Virus record (IMG/VR): IMGVR_UViG_3300024259_001058
Coordinates: 1-52,408 of that record
Strand: one strand, 5' to 3'
Length of the DNA: 52,408 nt
DNA from: a virus
Lineage: Duplodnaviria > Caudoviricetes
Part shown: piece after piece, positions 25,001 to 32,882 of the stretch
Layout: every line of letters starts with the position of its first letter
How positions within the stretch are numbered: position 1 is the stretch's first letter
Notes under the pieces: generated by a model
Database searches by the model: none
Told to the model about the DNA's origin: nothing
The model's input: the letters and a program-made list of their open reading frames with translations, nothing else
Made by a program: the position numbers and the translations under genes

Positions 25001-27763
25001 CTGCCGTTCTATCTCCGTAACCGGCTCCGTCCTCTCGCCTGCGCCAGTCAGCTGCTGGAACTGGGTGCTAGGCGCACCGCCCGTGGCGGTAGCGCCACGC
25101 TGCAACGCTTGCTGCAATCCTGTTGCCGCCTGCGAGCTATCGCCCGTGGCGAAAGTCGAGCCGAACAGGTCGTCGCTGCTTACCGGGGTATCTAAAGGAG
25201 TCCCGGTCAGGCTCTCAAGCGCCCGCTGCACAGCCGCGTTCTGTTGCGTAGCATCCGGCTGGCTACGTGCAAGCTGGACTACCGAGTTCAACTCCTGCTG
25301 CGACAGTTGCCTGCCCAACTGGTTCTCGGCGCTCTGGATGGCCAACGTGGAGGTGGCAGGCAACCCACGCGTACCTAACAACTCTGGCGGCGCAGGGGGT
25401 GGCTCACCTGCGGCTTCCGCAGCCGCGACCGCTGCTTCGTGAGCAGCTGTTGCTTGCTCGTCCTGCCGTCCTCGGAAGGCAGCTACCCGTTCGTTTATGT
25501 CGGCTATGCTTGTGGACTGGTTACCACCCGCCGCCGCAACGGGGCCTAACCCACCCGTGAGTGTGGGGTCTACGGAAAACGCCTGAGATAAGGTCCCCTG
25601 CCCACGGTCGAATATGGACTGGCCACGCACCTGACTTAGCTGCGCCTCTAAGGCCAGGGCCGCCACCTCGCCTTGTTCAGCGAACACATCCGCCACACGT
25701 CCCGCCTCTTCGAGAGTCAACTCGCGGGTGCCACCGGGCGCTCCCGTAAGGAAGTCCAGCGCCGACGAACCCAGCCCCGCCGCCCCAAGGTCCTGCCCTA
25801 GCTGCCCGCTCTGGTTCGCAGACCCGAAGAACTGCTGGAACAGCTGTTCTAGCTGGCCGGGGACTACCTCGTTCGTCGCTGGGTCTAGCTGCTGCCCCTG
25901 CGTAAGCTGACTGAAAGCCCCCGGGGTGGTGGGGGTCGTCAGGTTCTGCATGTTGGCCAGCGAGCCTTGCTGCGTGATGTCGCCACGCAGATTCCCAAGC
26001 GATTCATCGAACAAGGCCGTATCCCGGGGAGTCCCAAACTGCTGCAAGTCTAGGTTCTGGATGTTCTGGCCGAGAATGCCCCGGATAGACGCACGCCGCG
26101 CCGCGTCGGTTGTGTCATTCCCGACTAACGCCCCTGGGTCGGTTCCTCCACCCCCGATGAGTCCCCCGGTATTGGGGCCGAAGATGTTATCTCCCCCCGT
26201 GGCCCCAGCACCGGCAGTTGGGTTCGCGTTCCTCATGCTCTGGACTGCACGCCGGGCCGCGTCAAACCCCCGGTCAGCAAACACCGCACGCCAGGTACGA
26301 AGTTCCTCATCGGAAATGTCGGGGTATACCGTTCGCGCCTCATCGTCCATCACGCTCGGGTTAACGGGGAGAGGACCGTTCGTACCCGGTGTATCCAAAA
26401 GATTAAGGACATTGAACGCACCTGCCCCACCCCCCTGCGGCTGCTCAAACACCAACATGAACTGGCCGTCGTTTAGCCTGGCGATAGTACTCTGTGCATG
26501 ATTTGCTATGGCCCTAACCACGTCTCCTGTCGTCTGGGCAGTACTCCCGTCCGGCAAAACCCCCCCGTTCCCACTGAGAGCGGGGAACAGGACATCGGCC
26601 ACAAAGCCATTCATTTCGGTTTCGATGGCCAGTCGGTCGGTGTCATCAAACATGCGTTCGCTAGCAAAGAACACCTGGCGCACGAAGTCCGCGACTGGGG
26701 CGGCAATCGGGCGAATGTCAATGCCCTCAACGCCATTTGCATCCACGTATGTAGTTAGCGGCGCGTCCTCAAATCCGAAGTCGCGCTGCGTGTCGAAGTT
26801 AAGCTGAGTACCAGGCTGCACCGAGGCTGTGAGAGACTGCCCCCCGAAGCTCTGCGCAGCACCACCCCCAGCCGCCCGCTCCTGCTGGCCAAGCGCCGCT
26901 ATCTGCCCGCCGAACTGCTCCAACGTGCCGCCCTGGTCCGCGAAGGGGTTGGCCTGTGCTTCGGGCTGGCTCTGCTGCTGCTGCCCGAACTGCTGCGCGA
27001 ACGCGTTGGAGTCGAAGCCTGGTGCGCCCGCTACGGACGTGCCGATGTTCTGCTGCGCGGGGGCAGGAGGAAGCGTCTGCTGCGGAGCTTGCTGTTGAGC
27101 TAGGAACTGCTGGAACTGCTGGAACATCTCCTGCTGCGGGTCAGCCTGCTGGGCCTGCTGAGGCTCAAAGAACTGCCCGGACTGTCCGAAGCCGCCCGCG
27201 CGCGAGGGGGCCGGGGCTTGCTGCTGCTGCCCAAACTGAGGCACCTGCTGCGGCTGGAACGCGAACTGTCCCTGCTGTTGCTGCTGCTGAGCCTGCTGCT
27301 GGAAGGGGTTCGCCTGTTGCTGCTGTTGCTGCTGCCCTTGCTGCTGCTGCGGATTCTGAATTAGGTTGCGGAACAGGTCGATGATCTGGTTCGGCTGGCC
27401 ACCTATGCGGACGTTGTTGCCGAAGCCACCGAAACCACCGCCCTGCTGGCCGAAGCCCCCCTGGAACCTGGCCTGACGCGCACCGCCGACGCCCTGCTGC
27501 TGCCTCTGCGACGGCTGGCCCTGGAACTGCTGGAAGCCCTGCTGTTGCCCAAACTGCTGCTGGAACTGCTGCGGCCCCTGCCGTCCTTGCTGTGGCTGGA
27601 AGGGCTGGATTTGGAACGGACTCGTCCCTTGCCCCCCTTGGATACCGGGCTGCGTTGCCATCTGGCCGAGCGGACTACGGGTAGGGTTGATGGGCGACTG
27701 AACCTGCCCCTGGCTCTGGCTGGCGTTCTGTCGCGGCTGGTTCCCAGTGCTGAACGTGGGCAT
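22016..27763 (-). CDS. Glutamine-rich giant protein, probable DNA pilot/ejection protein (1915 aa)
   Basis: Q/G/F/P low-complexity N-terminus, 40-aa periodic Q/A/G region, hydrophobic C-terminal tip (LAVGNTLASVAGAFIPG); GGAGGAG RBS; position after the tail fibre. Confidence 0.7.
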   Translation of the reverse strand: MPTFSTGNQPRQNASQSQGQVQSPINPTRSPLGQMATQPGIQGGQGTSPFQIQPFQPQQGRQGPQQFQQQFGQQQGFQQFQGQPSQRQQQGVGGARQARFQGGFGQQGGGFGGFGNNVRIGGQPNQIIDLFRNLIQNPQQQQGQQQQQQQANPFQQQAQQQQQQGQFAFQPQQVPQFGQQQQAPAPSRAGGFGQSGQFFEPQQAQQADPQQEMFQQFQQFLAQQQAPQQTLPPAPAQQNIGTSVAGAPGFDSNAFAQQFGQQQQSQPEAQANPFADQGGTLEQFGGQIAALGQQERAAGGGAAQSFGGQSLTASVQPGTQLNFDTQRDFGFEDAPLTTYVDANGVEGIDIRPIAAPVADFVRQVFFASERMFDDTDRLAIETEMNGFVADVLFPALSGNGGVLPDGSTAQTTGDVVRAIANHAQSTIARLNDGQFMLVFEQPQGGGAGAFNVLNLLDTPGTNGPLPVNPSVMDDEARTVYPDISDEELRTWRAVFADRGFDAARRAVQSMRNANPTAGAGATGGDNIFGPNTGGLIGGGGTDPGALVGNDTTDAARRASIRGILGQNIQNLDLQQFGTPRDTALFDESLGNLRGDITQQGSLANMQNLTTPTTPGAFSQLTQGQQLDPATNEVVPGQLEQLFQQFFGSANQSGQLGQDLGAAGLGSSALDFLTGAPGGTRELTLEEAGRVADVFAEQGEVAALALEAQLSQVRGQSIFDRGQGTLSQAFSVDPTLTGGLGPVAAAGGNQSTSIADINERVAAFRGRQDEQATAAHEAAVAAAEAAGEPPPAPPELLGTRGLPATSTLAIQSAENQLGRQLSQQELNSVVQLARSQPDATQQNAAVQRALESLTGTPLDTPVSSDDLFGSTFATGDSSQAATGLQQALQRGATATGGAPSTQFQQLTGAGERTEPVTEIERQAVLDLIESGDPGGAQRLAEFFATRSGATLDTQNLRNIGQAGAAGTAAVDVTIDEQTQADTTVQQVNTALEEAGLPALSNVNVSGAVIAAERDLGRSLNQQEMNQLVSLVGTADRRGQTPAQAVTPFLQNLGAGLPGAAVDKARDTLGTQIEALGAEGSAPSVDGQTLGGTDLLSQQFGGSTLQDLLGGAQNVFNQQNLDTSINAGALDNSRFGVLLGSREGQQGLGQELSGNIRQLAGGTRAPTIQANTLGNSFLGAQLGHQTGQPGLAGDLAASAGNIAGGSVGAGQRGGTQFGVSLGPTELGTGLAQQAQSAARGITGVSAGVGQAPTEAFGQDIGSAAQAAADANAAQGNFNTQNSNFFRNLSQTGITQVQQELIAQALGQQTQAGERAENALFQDVESQIQRINSADPFQAGDRGISGSGVAAGLLGEQAGGLLQGVGNQVAQQRFAAQQQALQQIPQMSAQFSQQQGQQQALQQQAQQAQAAGAAGLFGQLAGSADAQAQRQATAGGLEAQLGLQAQQGQAAALQGLLGQLGGFQSEDLQRQLGASQATQQLGLQGQIGQAQAQQGAFGALTGAAQNQSAQQLQADIARGQLGQQGQIAGIDAQQNLFGQVGGLVTGEAERDLQAQIAQGNLGLGRAQAQSQGRQNLFGEVLGAAGQEAGFGQSAANLEAQLGQQQQGQQLSSQQDLFNTLFGAQQGAQQQNRALEAQAQGGAAAQDFQRQQANAQLGLQQQAQQFGQQFQGTQGALQGGLQTAQLGDAAGFQREQQGFQERFSSQQALLGQQAQQASLNTQRAIAQGDLQTARTQLGQQAQQFQQGMVQQSELQAQQLQEQARQFGLQGRADLQQQAIDASLQMSSLAQQGRQFVEQANQQQTNIARDQIAQFSSEFQRQDITADTFTEQVRSGRFSEQMSAMQFMFQQASTREGLSQQARSQVQGAIQALGNFELGVQSAIQNQQLVDTQVAGPSTLDNILAVGNTLASVAGAFIPG

Positions 27764-27815
27764 CGCGCTCCTCCGTCCCTACGAGTATCGCTCAAACAAA
27801 CGCTGCAAGCAACCT

Positions 27816-28133
27816 TTATCCGCCCCCGAACAGCTTCCCAAGGAAGTCGAACACCACGTCCAGCTGACCGGCCCCTAGCCCAACCGCGCCGACGCCGCCC
27901 AGGGCAGCTACCTGTCGCTTCTTGGTGCCGCCGTGGTGATCGGAGACTGTCTCTATGGCCTCCTCCAGCTTCACCATGCGGTCGTGCATCTCCTCAACCG
28001 TGTTGGACAGCACCGGCAGGATTGCTAGCGCCTGGTCGTTCCTCGTGTGGTGCGCCTTGCAGTCCGCGGCGTCCCCCAGAATCTTGAGCTTGTGTGCGTT
28101 CCAGTCCTGGGCCATCTCTTCCGTGCTTGCCAT
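27816..28133 (-). CDS. Small membrane protein, holin-like candidate
   Basis: Coiled coil then Gly-rich hydrophobic C-terminus (VAALGGVGAVGLGAG...VVFDFLGKLF); GGAGG RBS. Confidence 0.55.
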   Translation of the reverse strand: MASTEEMAQDWNAHKLKILGDAADCKAHHTRNDQALAILPVLSNTVEEMHDRMVKLEEAIETVSDHHGGTKKRQVAALGGVGAVGLGAGQLDVVFDFLGKLFGGG

Positions 28134-28263
28134 GCGTTTCCTCCAACCCCGATTCGGCAATCATACGCTTGAGCATATCAAGATTATCCGACTGCCGAAC
28201 AACCGGCGGTGCTTTCGGAACCGGATGTACCAAGACCGCCACTGCGTTAAGTAGCCTTCTCAC
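27994..28263 (-). CDS. Hypothetical protein
   Basis: AAGGAG before GTG 28263 but 140-bp overlap with the next gene. Confidence 0.35.
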   Translation of the reverse strand: MRRLLNAVAVLVHPVPKAPPVVRQSDNLDMLKRMIAESGLEETHGKHGRDGPGLERTQAQDSGGRRGLQGAPHEERPGASNPAGAVQHG

Positions 28264-28283
28264 CGCGCAACTCCTTCACGCGC

Positions 28284-31200
28284 CTAGTCCATGTCCTCAA
28301 CTAAGGACACCGGCATCGGGACACTACGCTCCTTGGCCACGATATGGGTAGCCATCAAGCGCACATCGGCTAGCTCGCCGTCCAACTCTTCGTACATGTC
28401 TTCCATATCCCGAGGATACTTAGCCTCTAGCATCCGAAGGATACGCTCTAGATGCCACACCCGAGTCTTGTTCGTATGGGTGCTATACTCGTGCAGCCAT
28501 CGCTCCCCTGTCAACGGGTTGTGCGGGCTGATCTGGCTAGCCGTGCCGCCTTCGTCCATCACGAAGACTTCCGCGCTTGCGCTTACATCCTTCGAGTAGA
28601 TCGCAGAACGGTTTCCACTCGCCGCAGGGTCGCCGGTGCGCCGGGTGAAGTAGATAGCATCATCGAATCGGCTGAACCCCGCGTCCACGAACAAGGAGTA
28701 GTTCACACCGCCCTCGGTCGGCGCTCTCTGGATATATACCGTCGTAGCCGTCGTAGCAGAACCACTCGTCTCGGTGATTACCGGCTCATCTACGTAGAGC
28801 GACGAGACGTGTGAGTGGGCGTTCCCACTGTTGATGACCGATGAGTCTGGGTCAATCAGGACGTGCGTGATGTTCCCTGTCCCGCTCGTGGCCGTCACGA
28901 TTCCTCGAACCCGAATCTGAGACGCGCCGCCCGTGGCATTGAAGTCCCTGTCCACGAGCCATGTCGAGTTGGCCGACAGGGCCGAGCCGTTACCAATAGC
29001 CCCGTAGCCTTCAATGTCTGCGTTCCCCGTGGCGGTGATGCTAACCCACGTCGGGCTATCCCCCGTGCCAAGGCCCATACTCGTAGCCGCCGTGGCAGCG
29101 TTCTCCCACGCCAACGCTCCGGCACCAGTCCCCACTAGGAACTCCGAGTCGCCGGAGTTCGCGCCAAGCGTATTGAGGTCGTCCAGCACGTCGCCCTGAG
29201 CCTGCGCCCCAAGGCTCGTCAGTGCAGTTGCCCCCGACTCATAGGCAAAAGCCCCCGCGCCCGTGGCGACGATGATCTGCCCGTCACTTGCAGCAGCCCC
29301 AAGTGTGTCGAGGTCTTCCAATACCCCGTCCACTGCGAATGAGCGGGTGGCTGAGATGTCCCCGCCACCCGTAAGCCCAGTCCCCGCAGTGAGAGTTACG
29401 GCGGTGTGGTCGATGTGCTCGTTCGCCACAAAACCCGACAGGTTGTCGTGGACAATTGCCCCGTCGTTGGTAGTCAGGTTGGTCGTAGTGAGGGACAGCC
29501 CCGTTGAGACGGTGAGCCACTGCATGATGCTCGACCCATCATCCCAGAACAGGAGACGGTCAGCCCCAGGGTCTGTGAGGTCGGATATGTCATCAAGGAG
29601 CGCATCGAACGCCGTGACCGCCGTGTAGTCCACGTTGAACGTGCGCGTAGCTGCGATTGTCCCACCGCCTGTGAGGCCCGCCCCGGCGGTCATCGTGACC
29701 CCGCCGTGCGCCACATGCTCGTCAGCCACGAAGTCGGAGAAGCCGTCGTGGTAAGCGCCCCCTGCGTAGACAATCTCCTGATCGGTTCCTGCGTCGTTCG
29801 TGAACCACAACTGGTTGGGAGTAGCGGTCTTCACCCATATCTGACCCTCGCCCGTCGAGTCGATTTCCGCCGCCGCCTGCTCTCGTAGGAACATCACGCC
29901 GATGTCGTCAATATCCCCACCGTTCATGTCAAGCAGGCCCGTGAGAATCAACCCTGTGAACTGTGGCGTGTCCCCCGTCCCGACGCCGAGGCTACTCCGG
30001 GCCGTAGTCCCCGTCTCCCAAGCCAACGCCCCGGCCCCTGTACCGACCAAGAACTCGGAGTCCGCGCTATTGACCCCAGCCGTAACGATGTCTTCCAGCA
30101 CCCCCGTTACCGCAAACGAACGGTTGCCAGAGATGTCGCCTCCCCCAGTGAGCCCGGTGCTAGCCGTTAACGTGACGCTCGTGTGGTCTATGTGCTCGTT
30201 AGCGGCGAAGTCCGACATGCCATCGTGGTAGGCCCCGCCCGCATACACGATCTCTTGGTCAGTGCCAGCGTCGTTCGTGAACCAGAGTTGGTTCGGGGTC
30301 GCGGTCTTAACCCATATCTGACCCTCCCCTGTGATGTCTCCATCAGCGGTAGCCTGCTCCCGCATGAAGATCACGCCACCGTCGATGATGTTCGCCCCGT
30401 TCAGATCGAGGGTCGAGGTGAGGATTAGCCCTGTGAACTGTGGCGTGTTGCCGGTGCCTAGTCCCAAGCTCGTGCGGACGGTAGTACCAGATTCCCAGGC
30501 CAACGCCCCGGCCCCAGTTCCCACCATAAACTCTGAGTCTGCCGAGTTCGCCCCGAGGGTATTAAGGTCATCCAACAACGCCCCGAACGCCTGTACGTCC
30601 GTGCCGATCACTACCCCGAGGGATGTCCTGGCAGTAGCCCCACTCTCCCAAGCTAGCGCACCCGCGCCAGTGCCCACCAGAAACTCTGAGTCGGCTGAGT
30701 TCGCTCCGAGGGTGTCAAGGTCTTCCAGGACTCCGGTAACTGCGAAAGATCGGGAGGCCGCAATCGTGCCACCCCCGGTGAGCCCAGTTCCAGCGGTAAG
30801 GGTGACGCCGCTGTGTGCCACATGCTCGTCTGCAACAAAGCCCGTAAGCGCGTCGTGGTCGTGTCCATGGAGCGTGGTGTCCCCCGAGTCGGTGAGGTCT
30901 ACCCAACTCGTGTTGGCCGTCGTGATGATCGTACCGTCTTCGTCCGGTATCGTCAGCGTGCGCGTCGTCGCGGTAGTTAGCCCACTTACCTCGAAAGCCA
31001 GTATCTTAGATGAATCGCCATCATCGAAGACACGGAAGGCGTTATCCGCAAACGAAGTCACGAGGAGCCCGCCAGCACCACCAGCCGACACGGAGGGCTT
31101 CTGGTCGCGCAGGTCTTCGTTCTGTGTGACCGTCCACGTCCCGCCGCCGCCCATGTTGTGCTTCATCGTAAGGCGCGCGATGAGGAACCCGCAGCCGCGG

Positions 31201-32882
31201 AACACGGACGGGATATCGAACACGTCGTAGTTCGCCGTGTCAGCGATAGCCGAGGACGAGTTGTTGTACGACCCGTTGGGAAGGTTCGCCATCAGCTTGC
31301 AGTCGCCGGAGGCTTCGCTAACTACGCCCCATATGACCAGGGAGTAGTGCTTCCCAGACATCGACACACCAAGTGCGTCCGTGAGATTCCCCGTGAGTGT
31401 CGCAACAGGGTCATACGCGGCCACAGAGTCGTTGACCACGTAGACCAGCCCCGAGGCAGCGGTGTCAATGGCTGGGAACGCGTGCGGGTGTAGTTGGAGC
31501 ACGACGCCCGAGGTCGTAGCCACTTCGAACGCGCCCGCCGCAACGTCTGGCGTGAGGACAACGCCGGAGGCCCAGGTGGCGTGCTGCTGGCGTATCCAGT
31601 AGTTGATGTTGGCCAGGTGGCCCATCGAGTTCGAGTCGGATATGTGGTCTGTCCACGCATGGAACTTGTAGGCCCCCTGCGCCTGCAACGACGCCGCGCT
31701 CTGGCACACCACGGTAGCCAAGGGCGCGTGCTCAGCCGAGGGCCACCCCGTCGTGTTAGCGGTGAGTGTCTTGTTGGACTGGAGGAGGTAGACGTAGTTC
31801 TCGGTGGGGGATGTATCACTCCCCGCTGTAAGACTCACCGTATCCGCCGGAGAAGTGTCCCAGTCGTAGAAGCCGTCGGAGAACACCGGGGTCATATCCC
31901 CACCGCCCGATTGCTCGGCGCTGAACGTGATCGTCGCCCCATCGCTCGCGGCAGATACCGCAGCGGACTCTAGGATGGCCCCCTGGAAGAAGGCGGTAAG
32001 CCCATCGTAGTCCGTGTCGAAGGAGAGGGTTATCGTCCCATCGGAATCGTCGGTCACATCTATCTGCTCAGCCGTCCCGGCAATCCAAGCCGTCAGGTCC
32101 GATACTGAGGACGTTAGCTTCGACCCGTCGCTCGCCATCAGACGGGAGGCCGTCAGCCCAGAGAACGTAGCAGCGACCAAGGTAGGGGAGGCCGTCGTGT
32201 CGATGTCCTGAATCGTGTTGATCTCGTTCGCCGTGAACTGCAAGTTCGTCGTATTGAGATCGGCGGCTAGCGTTAGCGTCCCGTCACCGTCGCTGGTCGA
32301 GGTCATCCCGTCGCCGCCTGCAATCCAGGCCGTTAGGTCTGACACAGAGGACAGCGCCTTGCTGCCGTCAGTCTGCGTCAAGCGGGAGGCGGTCAGCCCG
32401 GATAGCGTTATGGACGGAGTGGAGATCGAGCCGCCCACGGTCAGTATGTTCGTGCTGTCATCGAAGTTCAGGTTCGTGTTGTCCTGAGCCATCTGGCCCT
32501 GGGCATCCACGAACAGAATCGAGTTCTGCGTCAACTCCTCTATAGGAGACGACAGCCGCTCGACCCACTTCACGTCTTCCGACGTGTCCATCAGCTTCTC
32601 GAACGTGCGGAGCTTCGTCCCGTCCGTGTAGACTCGGCGCTCTCCGAACACACCGTCCTCAGTCTGCGTATCGGTGTCCGGTGCAGCATCCACCACGAAG
32701 GGCGTATGCTCGTCGTCCAGCCGAGTCACCGCCTGCTGCGTCGCTAGCACCACATCTCTGATGGCTGTCTCAGTGCGCTCCGCGAGAGAGTCGAACTCAT
32801 ACCCTACCGCCCGCGCTAGCCCGTCAAGACCTTCGATGGTCCCAACGCCAAGCTGTGTTACGAACGCAGGGTTGACTGCCAT
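28284..32882 (-). CDS. Tail fibre protein with internal repeats (1532 aa)
   Basis: G/T/A/S/D-rich; four HD..F..EH..H..VT.TA..GLTGGG.I units and repeated DSEFLVGTGAGALAWE; follows the nozzle gene. Confidence 0.85.
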   Translation of the reverse strand: MAVNPAFVTQLGVGTIEGLDGLARAVGYEFDSLAERTETAIRDVVLATQQAVTRLDDEHTPFVVDAAPDTDTQTEDGVFGERRVYTDGTKLRTFEKLMDTSEDVKWVERLSSPIEELTQNSILFVDAQGQMAQDNTNLNFDDSTNILTVGGSISTPSITLSGLTASRLTQTDGSKALSSVSDLTAWIAGGDGMTSTSDGDGTLTLAADLNTTNLQFTANEINTIQDIDTTASPTLVAATFSGLTASRLMASDGSKLTSSVSDLTAWIAGTAEQIDVTDDSDGTITLSFDTDYDGLTAFFQGAILESAAVSAASDGATITFSAEQSGGGDMTPVFSDGFYDWDTSPADTVSLTAGSDTSPTENYVYLLQSNKTLTANTTGWPSAEHAPLATVVCQSAASLQAQGAYKFHAWTDHISDSNSMGHLANINYWIRQQHATWASGVVLTPDVAAGAFEVATTSGVVLQLHPHAFPAIDTAASGLVYVVNDSVAAYDPVATLTGNLTDALGVSMSGKHYSLVIWGVVSEASGDCKLMANLPNGSYNNSSSAIADTANYDVFDIPSVFRGCGFLIARLTMKHNMGGGGTWTVTQNEDLRDQKPSVSAGGAGGLLVTSFADNAFRVFDDGDSSKILAFEVSGLTTATTRTLTIPDEDGTIITTANTSWVDLTDSGDTTLHGHDHDALTGFVADEHVAHSGVTLTAGTGLTGGGTIAASRSFAVTGVLEDLDTLGANSADSEFLVGTGAGALAWESGATARTSLGVVIGTDVQAFGALLDDLNTLGANSADSEFMVGTGAGALAWESGTTVRTSLGLGTGNTPQFTGLILTSTLDLNGANIIDGGVIFMREQATADGDITGEGQIWVKTATPNQLWFTNDAGTDQEIVYAGGAYHDGMSDFAANEHIDHTSVTLTASTGLTGGGDISGNRSFAVTGVLEDIVTAGVNSADSEFLVGTGAGALAWETGTTARSSLGVGTGDTPQFTGLILTGLLDMNGGDIDDIGVMFLREQAAAEIDSTGEGQIWVKTATPNQLWFTNDAGTDQEIVYAGGAYHDGFSDFVADEHVAHGGVTMTAGAGLTGGGTIAATRTFNVDYTAVTAFDALLDDISDLTDPGADRLLFWDDGSSIMQWLTVSTGLSLTTTNLTTNDGAIVHDNLSGFVANEHIDHTAVTLTAGTGLTGGGDISATRSFAVDGVLEDLDTLGAAASDGQIIVATGAGAFAYESGATALTSLGAQAQGDVLDDLNTLGANSGDSEFLVGTGAGALAWENAATAATSMGLGTGDSPTWVSITATGNADIEGYGAIGNGSALSANSTWLVDRDFNATGGASQIRVRGIVTATSGTGNITHVLIDPDSSVINSGNAHSHVSSLYVDEPVITETSGSATTATTVYIQRAPTEGGVNYSLFVDAGFSRFDDAIYFTRRTGDPAASGNRSAIYSKDVSASAEVFVMDEGGTASQISPHNPLTGERWLHEYSTHTNKTRVWHLERILRMLEAKYPRDMEDMYEELDGELADVRLMATHIVAKERSVPMPVSLVEDMD

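Noticed and set aside
22016-27763. Eukaryotic contamination or microsatellite expansion explaining the poly-Q sequence
   Set aside because: Single uninterrupted ORF with a bacterial RBS, embedded in a coupled phage operon, with mixed CAG/CAA codons.
30331-31230. 299-aa + strand ORF and other antisense ORFs across 13-50 kb
   Set aside because: They mirror the repeats of the - strand genes and have no RBS or family motifs.
28284-32882. Diversity-generating retroelement template/variable repeats in the tail fibre
   Set aside because: No reverse transcriptase seen; differences between repeats are synonymous and not adenine-specific.
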